The translations under genes and the position numbers were made by a program. From Alphaproteobacteria bacterium (lineage in GTDB: Bacteria; Pseudomonadota; Alphaproteobacteria; Rs-D84; SZUA-605), in the NCBI GenBank assembly GCA_031549385.1, contig JAVBPW010000002.1, forward strand, positions 34,271 to 98,270: a DNA stretch of 64,000 bases, read 5' to 3'. The notes under the pieces are model-generated. The model saw nothing but the letters and a program-made list of their open reading frames with translations, was not told where the DNA came from and made no database searches. This document shows, one piece after another, positions 39,901-48,189 of the stretch. Numbering within the stretch: position 1 is the first letter of the stretch; the number at the start of each line of letters is the position of its first letter.

Positions 39901-41964
39901 AATGTTGTAAAAGGAAATTTGACTACTCAAGATTTAAATCTTTCTAAATCTTTAGCTTCAGATGTTCCTGTATTTGATTTACGCAGTTCATCTTCAGTTG
40001 ATGGAGCTTCAATTGTTTCAGTTAACTCAATTAATGCAGACGCCGGAAGTAAAATTTTTATGGACATCTTTTCAGATGGAACAAGTGACGTTATAAATGT
40101 ATCAGGAAATGCATTAATGAATGGTGAATTACATGTTAGAGCTGGAGTTGGTACATATAGAAATCTTACATTTACAATTATGAATGCTAATAATTTATCT
40201 GGAGATTTAATTGATGATATTACAAGTGGTAATATTCCTACATTGGCTTTTATTGATGCTTCAAACATTACAGATGCTAGATATGATTATAAATATGATG
40301 CAGATTCTAATACTATAACTTTATTTTTCAATGGTATTAATATGAGTAATTTTGCTAATATCTCTGGATTAACATTCAATCAAACTGAAGTAGCAAAAGC
40401 TATGGATAAGGTATCAGAAACTACAGTTGGTGATATGGCAACTATTATTAATGAGATGATAGATATCAATGATGAACAAGTTGTAAAAGATGTTTTAAGT
40501 GAATTATCACCTTATTTTTTAGCTAATATATTACGCCCAACTCCAAATATTGCAAACAGAGCTCATTTGTATGGAAGAATGAAGGATTATTGTGATAATT
40601 GCTATGGTGGTGGTTTGTGGATTGATGGTGGTATTAATAATACCAATTTAAAAGGAGATGAGAATTCTATTGGTAAATTAAATTCAGTAAAGACTGGTGT
40701 TACATTTGGTTATGATTATTATTTAGCTGAAAAAAGAATTTTGCTTGGTGTTTTTGGTAATGTTACTCCTGAAACAATTGATCAAGGAAATCACAGTGCA
40801 GATGTTCAAAATATGGGTGCGGGTGTTTATTTTGGATTGTTGAAAGAAGATTGGGATGCTAAATCAGTTGTTAGCTTTGGTCTTAATAATTATTCAACTT
40901 CTAGAAAAATTTATAATCAGGCTTTGAATTTAAATAGAATGGCTGTTGCTGATTTTGGAGGATATAATGCTGATTTTGATTTAGAGTTTGGATATAAATT
41001 TAAAGTAGCTAAAACATTTAAGCTTCGTCCATATGCAGGTGCTGAAATTCAAATGCTATCATATGATGGTTTTGAAGAAACTGGTGCAGATTCTTTAAAT
41101 ATGAATGTTTCTTCAGGGTCAAATCTTGGAACATCAGCTCGTATTGGAGTAGGGTTAGAACAAAAACTATCAAAAACATCTTGGTATGTTTCTGGAGAAT
41201 ATAATACAATATTGACAGGAAAATATATTGATCTTGAAACAAAATTTGCTAATACAGATGTTAGGTTCTCATCTCGTGGTGCTGATATTGGAACTGGGGT
41301 TATGGCGTTTAATGCAGGAATTGATTATGATATAGATAAAAGATTTAATGTTTATGCTAGTGCTAATTATCAAATGGGTGGTGGATTTGATGTATATGGT
41401 ATTAAAGCTGGATTTAGGTTTAAGTTTTGCTCTGATAAAAGAGTATCTGCAACTCAGAAGTCTGCTTCAAACCAAAGAGATTCTAATCAAGACTTGTATT
41501 CAAACCAGGATATATATTTAGATAAAGAGGTATCTTTAAATCAAAGAACAGCATTAGAAGTATCTTCAGCTCAAAATGTACCAGAAACACCTACAGAATA
41601 TCGACGTGTTGGTGAAACTTATTATGAATTTGATAAATATACTTTAAATAAATCAACAAAGGAAAAAATTAAGATTATTGCTAATAATTATAAAGATACT
41701 GCTACAAAATTTGTTATAAAAGGACATACAGATTCTATAGGAACAGAAAAATATAATTTATCTTTATCTGAAAAACGTGCTAATGCAGTTGCTGAGTATA
41801 TGATAGAATCTGGAGTAAATTCTAAAAAAATAGAATATTTAGGGTTGGGGAGCTATGACCCTGAATATAGTAATTCTTCATATTATGGCCGTGCTAAAAA
41901 TCGTCGTGTTGATATAATGATGTTTAATAAAATGAAAAAAACAAAGTTAAAATTATATTTTTAA
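30967..41964 (+). CDS. Giant autotransporter adhesin: POMP-type (GGAI/FxxN) repeats, autotransporter beta-barrel, then a C-terminal OmpA-like domain
   Basis: Signal peptide; dozens of FxxN...GGA(I/V)Y repeats; KSGxGxL passenger strands; barrel from GLWIDGG to AGFRFKF; then YEFDKY...GHTDSIG..YNLSLSEKRA...NRRV. Confidence 0.9.
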   Translation: MYCCNLKFLGILSFMLCGLCANLYAADWHVPTNSLEAAITSASNNDNIIIDSNIISNLTLTPTPYVIDKVLNYSSNIPGLYSVGMYVSTVANSNRHFSFTSGASGSTFTNLALNNTQNVAVANSISKGGAIYTEGADLSFTGVTFGGNQGNRASAAGGAIYSLGGNLIINDASGFTSSTAQSTTSTGGAVYIEDATLVTNDTVIFNTNKAAFGGGIYSKNSSLTLSNTTSFTSNQATGGVNYGGAIYLDGGTLVLSGSNFASNTATGGAGGAIYNNLGVLTVGASVFNLNTSLNGAAIYNTGTLNSVGLATFTTNTASGSGGAVYNTGSNLVFTGTIFTGNKSTGANLGGGAIYNSGWDLTINDGTSFTSNTASSSGGKGGAVYSENGNVTIGAAVFTLNTASQGAALYVLNGNINIAGTVSFMSNTASAAGGAIFIQGVDVSANISGIDSNNAALFQNNISSGSFDANRKIGAGAIFFDGINAVTDISFDGTFNPNDCLLCINYATFDSNKASSGLAGAIYINNTVATISNSVFSNNSTISSNSMGGAIYNGPGAKTYIENTSFLNNFTTAASAYGGAIANSGYMKMVNVTISGNSSKTWGGAVLNSGNFVLGEAEFYPEMTIVDSYFYQNSSTSGGGGLCIGDNAIKTDVINTKFVENVGLHGGALYNETVATIIGSEFKDNMTLVGGQGGGAIWSGADWAIGEKLDISVDDTEFTGNKSNTAGGAVYLNISSSTTVDLDYPNWEYPSVNTFKVTNSTFTNNQTIVSGHGGAIYGSVTKGGDLIQDRKLILDVDNVVFDSNSAGGSGGAVYVTATYVDTANSKIGSTEVTIENSDFENNTAGVSGGAIYNSVTAAGTIANMTLMDVDFDNNSAGTSGGGLYLSGQSATTMLNVVLSNVSFTGNQVKRVATTGTSYALTGGAINNNQYVNLEFQNNHNFDSNGIDGSLTNIGTGAANFALTMNSYGGALYTASNSVINLGTFVFNFTDNYTKVIVNTTNSGTFNSTATANSAGGAFYDSTIGTIEFNAGTVFDGNNVRAEANSINTGTGAATATATAYGGAIYNSGNGIINIYNSSLFIDNSVTSVATAVGLGTETITMNAYGGAIYNTGTNSEINIIGLEKIGVDETHVVFRGNSATGGDTTTFGGAIYNAGKLNVSYALFENNTSSGSGGAIYSTNVFNLNYAEFKGNSSNIMGGAVYINATTGIFNLLTSILFDNNSSLDGGALYTKTTTNISNTVLFKNNSATQYGGAWYVSSGTTTIDGAVFDNNSAENGGAVYNNGTMNINGGTSFINNSSTSFGGAIYTMQNLTLNSTNSDITFNNNKVNGIGNDIYIGGTIARAIIINGTANNVIMNGGFATNGASSSGNYTITKSGLGSLLITADNFGFTGTSTISAGQVIVNGKWINGLTTVSGTSANNTLLRVTSDSVHEKVTISNTGTFEHLSTSLISSEINNANFKFTVVTGGTMKFMADSSLVGQLAKYNLLNNLANTANGYNTVLFKDSDVTFGTNSYQKISNGWINYTFQNSVINLSNMLSETTTFTQVTLDNATLSFDAGFKADGTLESDKLAITTLLGDNTIKLGSVYIKDGQNDTGLNKTYTSQVLMPAGLNFDSSLTTTVKSDIYEYQAVVSGKNITLTVIGAANENSLYSANAKLGTRAFNMTYFGTSPYTYNIGQSLSTTNTGTFNVVGNSAATSIISGILVDSTGVVIGSSGSFFDISGAVNFTLSNVSVVDAYKNGNGSVLFVTGTGATINLSNLILARNEVDTYGGAVYNEKTISFTGSNQLNENSAGSGGAIYNLNGGVINLTSTSFDQNIATFNGGAIYNAGTISFSSSSQFTSNTALNGGAVYNTGNITILGGSSFTNNTVTNNGGAVWNSGTVVLNSSLGNIQFSGNTATGNGNDIYNDGGNININGTANDVIIGGGISGYGNINKSGNGRLLINANSSGYIGVFTQTAGTTIFSSNMFNGTNNITAGVLELANGGVFSANTVVALSNTGIFNITTNSNITLNSGNLIGYNGTYGVANKSGTGDLTVSGDNSLFQGTFNQTSGRTFVDETSLMFNGINNISNSLLQITSSNVYEKVNIGNNGQLIHISKTETVSNINNTNIKFTGTGGNIFFNSDASLLNGTNYNLVNKIENGNLNTITFNDSNVFLGSNDYTGSTVYKFDNSVIDLNSGTITNVVFSNTNLNNTKLSFDVKFDMSGSNPILLSDTFNAGSLLGDTDIGIGIIRILNDDEDTGLSGIYTSQVLTNTSSLVFSGLSDTMFLSTNAYEYEVTTNNKNVVLSVIGASDMNSLYRMNDTVNKRGFNISYFSGSTVYYNIGQSLGTTKNGEFIVQGFDSDPDHGVISGKIVDVNNDPTGEYGSFFKLTGSTIFTLKNLTIEEAYSLNNGSVLYMTNASSTALLEKIIIQDNEVVENGGAVYVSAGLLSINNASFDSNISGMNGGAVWNSSNNSTINTTKFEDNEAVGNGGAVYNSGTITFVNLIEFISNKAVNGSALYNSGSVDFQGEVDLYSNIASGNGAIYNSGTAVFRGITTISGNEAVSGGAVYLNTGTVTFNGVSDITSNEATTGNGGAVYVASGTTLNINNNMTASSNTANSGFGGAIYLAGSLNLGGASSTTISFSGNSDSSGDNDIYMVNSALSINGLGTYSFNSGISGDTGSSISLSGSGARFNAEMTGFNGSYTQSGISSIAQIYGTLNANYTITNGTTKFKENALSSGKTITVNGNGIAQYEGLNSNNLGTVIGTGTLVVLNTLTNTGTLDVATLQINSDLVNNGVIDSDNTTINADVTNNATISGIGTTTVTSGASLLNLGTISQNKLIINSSGVVETDADDIIIVNNISNNGTLIFNSGDNSNIISGTGIVSITGIVGNTALISTNNLEIVSGAEFSSDISKLAIINPIENEGVLNLSGNGSWTKSVVGNDGIITFASGTINNTAVIQQKGFIVKSDGQLSTDGSLIQTNTDGVLVNGILNVVKGNLTTQDLNLSKSLASDVPVFDLRSSSSVDGASIVSVNSINADAGSKIFMDIFSDGTSDVINVSGNALMNGELHVRAGVGTYRNLTFTIMNANNLSGDLIDDITSGNIPTLAFIDASNITDARYDYKYDADSNTITLFFNGINMSNFANISGLTFNQTEVAKAMDKVSETTVGDMATIINEMIDINDEQVVKDVLSELSPYFLANILRPTPNIANRAHLYGRMKDYCDNCYGGGLWIDGGINNTNLKGDENSIGKLNSVKTGVTFGYDYYLAEKRILLGVFGNVTPETIDQGNHSADVQNMGAGVYFGLLKEDWDAKSVVSFGLNNYSTSRKIYNQALNLNRMAVADFGGYNADFDLEFGYKFKVAKTFKLRPYAGAEIQMLSYDGFEETGADSLNMNVSSGSNLGTSARIGVGLEQKLSKTSWYVSGEYNTILTGKYIDLETKFANTDVRFSSRGADIGTGVMAFNAGIDYDIDKRFNVYASANYQMGGGFDVYGIKAGFRFKFCSDKRVSATQKSASNQRDSNQDLYSNQDIYLDKEVSLNQRTALEVSSAQNVPETPTEYRRVGETYYEFDKYTLNKSTKEKIKIIANNYKDTATKFVIKGHTDSIGTEKYNLSLSEKRANAVAEYMIESGVNSKKIEYLGLGSYDPEYSNSSYYGRAKNRRVDIMMFNKMKKTKLKLYF

Positions 41965-42075
41965 TATCTATAAATAAAAATCCATCTTAATACTATCTTA
42001 AATCCAAATTAATTTTAATCTTGAAATTGTGTCTGTTTGCATTATACTTCGTGGTTAAAGAATAAAGGAAACAAA

Positions 42076-43377
42076 ATGATAGATATAAAGAAATTAATTG
42101 AAAATCCTGAAATTTATAAGGATAGTATTGCAAAGAGAAATACAAAAAATGTAGACTTAGATTTGCTTATTTCTGTTTATAATGAAAAACGAATGACACA
42201 ACAAAAAGTTGAAGATTTAAATGCTCAAATCAATAAAATTTCAAAGTCTATTGGAAATGTTTCTGCTGATGAAAGAAAATCTGTTATTGAAGAAGGACAA
42301 AAGTTAAAAGAAACTCTGAAAGAAGTTGAGGCTAAATTCAAAGATTTAGAAGAAAAATATGTTGCTTTGGCTCTTTGTGTTCCAAATACATTGCCTGAAG
42401 ATACTCCTCTTGGTTTTGAGGATAATAGCAATATAGAAGTTAGAAAATTTGGAGAACCTACAAAGTTTGACTTTAAACCTTTAGACCATGTTGAGTTAGG
42501 CAAAAAGTTAGATTTATTAGATTTTGAAGCTGGTGCTAAAACTACTGGTGCAAAATTCTATTTTTTTAAAAATGAAGTAGTTATGTTGGAAAATGCTTTG
42601 AAAAAATTCGCTCTTGATATATTTAAAGAAAAGGGGCTTTATATGTTGAAAACTCCTGATCTTGCAAGACAAGATATTTTGATGGGTTCAGGTTTTAATC
42701 CTAGAGGTAGTGAAAGTAATGTGTATAATCTTGAAGGAATGGACTTGAGTTTAATTGCAACTGCTGAAATTACTATTGGTGGATATTTATCAAATTCTGT
42801 TTTTAAAGAAGAAGCTTTGCCTTTAATGTTTGCTGCTGAAAGTCAATGTTTTAGACGTGAAGCTGGTGGAGCAGGGCAGGAAAATAAAGGGTTATACAGA
42901 GTTCATCAATTTGATAAAATGGAAATGTATGCTGTTACAAAACCTGAAGATAGTAATGCTACATTAGAAAAAATAGTAGCAATTGAAGAAGAAATTTATC
43001 AAAAACTTGGACTTCCTTATAGAGTGGTTCGTGTTTGTGCTGGTGATCTTGGATCTCCTGCTTATAAAAAATTTGATATAGAAGCATGGATGCCTGGAAA
43101 AGGTGAAAATGGAGAATATGGTGAAGTTACTTCTGCGTCTAATTGTACAGACTTTCAATCAAGAAGATTAAATATAAAATATGCGACAAAAGATAAAAAA
43201 GAATTTGCTCATACTTTGAATGGAACAGCCATTGCATTAAGTCGAGTGATTTTGGCTATTTTAGAAAATTACCAACAAAAAGATGGAAGTGTAAAAATTC
43301 CAGAAGTGTTGATGAATTATGTAGGATTTGATGAAATAAAAGTCCCAGAAAAGTTATTTGAAGATTTTAAGGTTTAA
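42076..43377 (+). CDS. serS: Seryl-tRNA synthetase
   Basis: N-terminal coiled coil, LIATAEI, CFRREAG, RVHQFDK, SASNCTDFQSRR, HTLNGT; start ATG 42076 after AAGGA. Confidence 0.97.
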   Translation: MIDIKKLIENPEIYKDSIAKRNTKNVDLDLLISVYNEKRMTQQKVEDLNAQINKISKSIGNVSADERKSVIEEGQKLKETLKEVEAKFKDLEEKYVALALCVPNTLPEDTPLGFEDNSNIEVRKFGEPTKFDFKPLDHVELGKKLDLLDFEAGAKTTGAKFYFFKNEVVMLENALKKFALDIFKEKGLYMLKTPDLARQDILMGSGFNPRGSESNVYNLEGMDLSLIATAEITIGGYLSNSVFKEEALPLMFAAESQCFRREAGGAGQENKGLYRVHQFDKMEMYAVTKPEDSNATLEKIVAIEEEIYQKLGLPYRVVRVCAGDLGSPAYKKFDIEAWMPGKGENGEYGEVTSASNCTDFQSRRLNIKYATKDKKEFAHTLNGTAIALSRVILAILENYQQKDGSVKIPEVLMNYVGFDEIKVPEKLFEDFKV

Positions 43378-43381
43378 TAAC

Positions 43382-43409
43382 AAGGCGGAATGATTTTCCG
43401 CTTTTTTTT
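43382..43409 (+). terminator. serS terminator
   Basis: AAGGCGGAA-TGATT-TTCCGCTTTTTTTT. Confidence 0.8.
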
Positions 43410-43624
43410 ATTTGTGTAAATTACTTTATTAATAATCTGTTTTTCATCTAAATTATTTTTAATATATTGATATAATATTATAAGTGATTAATAATTCTTT
43501 TGTGTCAAAAAGAAATGAAAAGTACTAAAAAATATGACAGTTTTCAAAAACAGGAAAAATTTTTTTAATGATTTGACTTTATATATCTTATTTATTAATT
43601 TATTATAAATAATAGGAGAATATT

Positions 43625-44311
43625 ATGAATAAAAAAAATATATTAACCGTTTTAATGTTTATAACAATTTTGTTTTGTAGTATAATTTTGTATTTTACTC
43701 AAAACTCAACGAAAAAAACAAGCAATGATTTATATAATGCGGCTGAAATAGGGGATGTTGAAAATACAAAATTTTTAATAAAAGATAATTATGATGTGAA
43801 TTATTCATGTGAAAATAATTGTAAAGGCTGGACGCCACTAATGATTGCATCTGCTAATGGTCATAAAGAAATTGTTAGTATTTTGTTGGAAAATGGAGCT
43901 GATCCTAATATTCAAAATGAATTAGGAAGAACTGCTCTTCAATATGCTGTGCGCTATGAATTTATAGAAATAATTCAAATGTTATTGGATTATAAAGCAG
44001 ACCCAAATTTAAAGGATTATACTCCTGATAATAATGAAAATGTTAATTCTCCAATGGCTGATGCATTGACGCATAAACAAAATACTAAAATCTTAAAAAT
44101 GCTAATTTTATCTGGAGGTAATCCAAATTATTCTTATTGGGATTTTACTCCTCTTATTGTTGCAGCAAGCTTTAATGATGTTTTATTAGTTAAACTTCTT
44201 CTTGAAAAAGGAGCAAATCCTTTTGTATCAAAATCAGGAATAAGTGTTGAAAATATTTCTAATAATGAAGAAATTAAAAGTTTAATTAAAAAAGCTCAAA
44301 CAAATAAATAG
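43625..44311 (+). CDS. Membrane-anchored ankyrin repeat protein
   Basis: N-terminal TM helix; GWTPLMIAS..GH..IV..LL..GADPN, GRTALQYA, TPLIVAA repeats. Confidence 0.9.
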   Translation: MNKKNILTVLMFITILFCSIILYFTQNSTKKTSNDLYNAAEIGDVENTKFLIKDNYDVNYSCENNCKGWTPLMIASANGHKEIVSILLENGADPNIQNELGRTALQYAVRYEFIEIIQMLLDYKADPNLKDYTPDNNENVNSPMADALTHKQNTKILKMLILSGGNPNYSYWDFTPLIVAASFNDVLLVKLLLEKGANPFVSKSGISVENISNNEEIKSLIKKAQTNK

Positions 44312-44477
44312 TCACCCCTCTGTTTTTGGGCATTGTATGTAAATGAGCTGAAAATCGTAAAATTTGGATTTTAAAAAGGCTTACAGGGCGACTGTATGAG
44401 CCGGAAACCCTGCAGAAGTCCGGCGGATCTGGGCAATAAAAAAGCCTTGCATACACAAGGACAATTTAGTGGTCGGG
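44309..44477. repeat. Junction repeat J1 (folded module + type A arm + TGGTCGGG core)
   Basis: Closely similar to 52193-52360; core at 44470. Confidence 0.9.
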
Positions 44478-44540
44478 AAATAAATAAAACCAGTGCAAGC
44501 CATACAGGACATGGATTTGCTAGATATATATTATCAAATA

Positions 44541-44560
44541 ACAGGGAATTTACAGGGAAA
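44541..44560. repeat. Tandem ACAGGGAA direct repeat near the element end; probable protein-binding site
   Basis: ACAGGGAATTTACAGGGAAA; weaker copy ACAGGAAATT at 44638. Confidence 0.45.
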
Positions 44561-44707
44561 ATTGATGTTTTTTGAAGGCAGTAAACTCAAAATTTCCATA
44601 TTTTCCGCCAATTCTAGCATTTTTAGTCAAAAAATTAACAGGAAATTTTAAATTAGTTATCAGGTAATAATCTTGCAAAAACAGTTAAAATTTGTAATAA
44701 TGTCAAT

Positions 44708-45175
44708 ATGTATGAAAAATTGAAAAAATATAAAAAAATCTATATTATTGGGGCATGTGGTAGTGGAAAAACAACATTTGCTCAAAAGTTGGCTAAATAT
44801 TTAGATTATCCTAATTTTACACTAGATAATGTGTACAGATATAAAGAAACTCGTGCAATTTGTTCAGAAAAAGAACGTACAAAAATATTAAACAGCATAT
44901 TAAATCAAGAAACATGGATTATAGAAGGTGCACAATGCCATGATTGGATAGAGAGCATCTGGAAAAATTGCGATATTGTAATCTTATGCAATCCATCAGC
45001 ATTAACAAGAATCTTTTACATTTCAAAAAGATATATTTTGAATTTGATAAGGGGGAAACATACAGATTTCCTGGTAGATATTTTTGCTACTATTAAATTT
45101 AAGAGAAACTCTTTGCCTAAATTTCAAGAATATGTTAAGAAACATAGAAAGGAAATTATTAAATTATTTAAATAA
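44708..45175 (+). CDS. P-loop kinase (adenylate kinase-like / FlaR topology modulation family)
   Basis: KIYIIGACGSGKTT, LDNVY, WIIEG. Confidence 0.8.
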   Translation: MYEKLKKYKKIYIIGACGSGKTTFAQKLAKYLDYPNFTLDNVYRYKETRAICSEKERTKILNSILNQETWIIEGAQCHDWIESIWKNCDIVILCNPSALTRIFYISKRYILNLIRGKHTDFLVDIFATIKFKRNSLPKFQEYVKKHRKEIIKLFK

Positions 45176-45267
45176 CCAGGACTTTTATGGTTATTTTTTA
45201 AAATATGCTGCATTTTATTCATAACAGCCAAATTACTTTATATAAAAAGAGATTTTGAAATTTTAAA

Positions 45268-45297
45268 AAATAGAGAGATTTTACAACCTCTCTATTT
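45268..45297 (-). terminator. Terminator downstream of the peptide ORF
   Basis: AAATAGAGAG...CTCTCTATTT hairpin with A-run to its left. Confidence 0.7.
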
Positions 45298-45299
45298 GG

Positions 45300-45395
45300 T
45301 TAACATTTCATCCATTGAGAAACTTCTCCACGCCAAGTAGGATTTAGTTTTGTTTCAATCCTTTTTAACGCAAGAAGTAATAGTTTTTTTTCCAT
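45300..45395 (-). CDS. 31-aa peptide MEKKLLLLALKRIETKLNPTWRGEVSQWMKC; candidate RiPP precursor
   Basis: Not in the ORF track. AAGGAG RBS 6 nt before ATG; directly downstream of rSAM/SPASM gene; followed by a terminator. Confidence 0.7.
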   Translation of the reverse strand: MEKKLLLLALKRIETKLNPTWRGEVSQWMKC

Positions 45396-45440
45396 AATTA
45401 TCTCCTTTTATTTATGTTAACATATACACAATAAATATTT

Positions 45441-46497
45441 TTATAGAACAAGTTTTTTTATTTCTTTGTAAAGTTTTTTTCTTTGTTCACAATAAACAAA
45501 TATTCCATCGTGCGCCATTAGATTGTCTTTAACTCTCGTTGCAGGACAACCATTTCCACAAAACCTGTAAAATTCACATTTATGACATTTTTCAGGCATT
45601 TGTAAAAATACTTTTTTAAAATTTTTATATGCAATAGTTTTTTGTAAATTTTGTAAATCAGTATCTAATATATTTCCATAACTAGCTAGTGATCTTAAAT
45701 ACTCACAAGGATAAAGCTGCCCTTCAGGGTCAATAGAAACCCAATTTAAACAAGATTTATCACTGCTACAAAGATTTATAGTTTTATCTGATAACCATGC
45801 AATAACTTCATCTAATTCTCTAATCATAATTTCAGGATCATTTGATTTTAACCATAAATGTAATATATCTTTAAGATATAAAAACCACTCATCTGCATTT
45901 ATGCTAAAATTATCTTCAAAAGAATCAAAAACGGGACTAAATTTAATTTCTTTAAATCCATTATTTATAACAAATTCGAAAACTTCTTTTGGATATTTAA
46001 TAAATTCCTTTGTTACTGTTATTATAACAGGGGGATTTATTCCATTATCTCTTAGAATGTTAAACTCCTCTCATTACATTTTCAAAAGAACCTATTCCGT
46101 CTTTATAAATGCGATTTGTATTATGAATTTTTTGTGATCCGTCTAAACTAATACTAACTTTAAAATCATTTTCTTTAAAGAATTTTGCAAAATCGTCTGT
46201 TATTAGTGTAGCGTTAGTTTGAATTAAGTTTTGTATTTTATGTTCTTCAGTTTTATACTTATTAAGTATTTTAACAAATGTTTTATAGAATTCAATACCG
46301 GGGATTAAAGGTTCTCCGCCATGCCAAGAAAAGAAAATATTTTTTTGATATTGAAAGAATTTTTTTACTGTTGCCTCTAGTATATTTTCTGGCATTATTT
46401 GTATTTTTTCCTTAGAGAAAGGGGCTGCATAGCAATATTTGCATTTTAAATTACAGTTGCTTCCAACTGGTTTTACTTGTATTCCAAAATTTTTCAT
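45441..46497 (-). pseudogene. Radical SAM/SPASM maturase split by a 1-nt frameshift at ~46062
   Basis: N-half CNLKCKYC, WHGGEP, QTNAT. Deleting one base from GTT TAA C gives ...GVNILRDNGINPP... open without stops into the SPASM half (YPC, CHKCEFYRFCGNGC). Could be a sequencing error. Confidence 0.85.
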
Positions 46498-48125
46498 CAC
46501 ATTTTATTCTCCTTTTTTAGTTCCATATCCATATATTTCTTAATAATTTCTTTATCATAAAATCTTATTTTACAGCTTGGAAGCATTAACATTCTGCTTA
46601 TTTGTAAATCTTCTAAAAATGGTAAGTCGTGACTTACAATAACAAGTGTTCCTCCATAATTAGTTAAAGCTTTTGCCATTATTTTTTTTGTTGGAATATC
46701 TAAATGATTTGTAGGTTCATCGAGAAGAAGTAGATTATTTTGAGCAATACATAGTCTTGCAATTTCAAGTCTGCTTCTTTCACCAGGGGATAGTGTTTTA
46801 ACTTCTTGAAAAACTTTATCACCTTTGAAGTTAAAAGAACCTAGTATTGTTCTTATTTGGCTATCGTTATAGTTTACACTTGATACTGCGTCCAAAATAC
46901 TCAATTTTTCATCTATATTTGAATGTTCTTGTTCATAATATCCTATTTTTGTTTTATTTCCAACTTTTATGCTACCTTTATCTGACTTTAATAGGCCTGC
47001 CATTAACTTTAGCATAGTTGATTTTCCAGCGCCATTTGCCCCAATAATAATAAATCGTTCATTTGGTTCAATTTCAAATTCAGCATTTTTTATAACAGGT
47101 TTATCTTGAGTATAACCGAAATTTACACTATGAACTTCAATAGGATTTTGAGTTTCTTGTTTTTCTACCTTTAAATCTATTTTAATTTCTTTTTGTTTTT
47201 TAGGTGGTTCAAGCATATTTTCTTTCATTTTATCAAGTAATTTTTCTTTACTTTGTGCCTGACGCTTCATTTTTCCAGACTTGCCTTTTTGTGTATCTAT
47301 AAATTTTTGCAAATGTTCTATTTTTAAACTTTGATTTTTTAATTGTTTTTCTAAATGTAAATTATTTTCTTCAACTTGTGATAGAAACTTCTGGTAACTA
47401 CAATTATAAATATTTGTAGATTTAGTTTGATTATCAATGTATAAAATTTTATTTGCTAATTTATTTAAAAAATCTTCGTCATGAGAGACAAATAGAACAG
47501 AAATTTTTAAATTTTTAAGGTAATCAATAACCCAATCTTTCGTTTCTTTATCTAAATGATTTGTTGGTTCGTCTAATATCAAAAATGAAGGTGCGGAATA
47601 TAATGTTCTTAAAAATGAAAGTTTAGATTTTTGCCCACCTGATAATTCTATCATTTTTTTATTTAAAATATTTTTAGGAATTTTGAAATTAGCAATGAGC
47701 TTTTCTAAATCAATATCTGCTGTATATCCACCATAATACTCAAATTGATTTTGACTTTTTTCTAATTCTTCAATTAAATAATCTGAAGAGTCTTTGCTTA
47801 ATTTTAAATATAAATCATTGATTTTTGTAGCAAGTTCTTTAACAGGTCTTCCTGAATACAAAAAATCATAAACAGATATATCATCAGGGATTTCAAGTTC
47901 ATCAATTGTTTGTGGCATCCAACCAATATGTTGGTTTGATGGAATAAATTCAATATCACCGTCATTGTAATGTAGGTTGTTTGCTATAATTTTGATTAAA
48001 GTAGATTTTCCTGCTCCATTTAAACCAGTAACTGCAATTTTATCTCCATCGCTAACACTAAAATTTACATCTTTAAAAATAAGATGATCAGCATAAGACT
48101 TTGAAAGATTTTTTACAATAAGCAA
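46497..48125 (-). CDS. ABC-F family ATPase
   Basis: Two ABC domains (GLNGAGKST/LSGGQ/LDEPTNHLD; GANGAGKST/LSPGE/LDEPTNHLD) joined by a linker; no TM segments. Confidence 0.93.
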   Translation of the reverse strand: MLIVKNLSKSYADHLIFKDVNFSVSDGDKIAVTGLNGAGKSTLIKIIANNLHYNDGDIEFIPSNQHIGWMPQTIDELEIPDDISVYDFLYSGRPVKELATKINDLYLKLSKDSSDYLIEELEKSQNQFEYYGGYTADIDLEKLIANFKIPKNILNKKMIELSGGQKSKLSFLRTLYSAPSFLILDEPTNHLDKETKDWVIDYLKNLKISVLFVSHDEDFLNKLANKILYIDNQTKSTNIYNCSYQKFLSQVEENNLHLEKQLKNQSLKIEHLQKFIDTQKGKSGKMKRQAQSKEKLLDKMKENMLEPPKKQKEIKIDLKVEKQETQNPIEVHSVNFGYTQDKPVIKNAEFEIEPNERFIIIGANGAGKSTMLKLMAGLLKSDKGSIKVGNKTKIGYYEQEHSNIDEKLSILDAVSSVNYNDSQIRTILGSFNFKGDKVFQEVKTLSPGERSRLEIARLCIAQNNLLLLDEPTNHLDIPTKKIMAKALTNYGGTLVIVSHDLPFLEDLQISRMLMLPSCKIRFYDKEIIKKYMDMELKKENKM

Positions 48126-48189
48126 TAAACACCTCTCTGGTTATATATAGTTTATACATTTTTTGTTAATATTCAAGTATAAATAGAAG

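Noticed and set aside
43378-43624. Left attachment site of the island between serS and the ankyrin gene
   Set aside because: No TGGTCG core or tRNA-like arm found here, so the boundary is left unresolved
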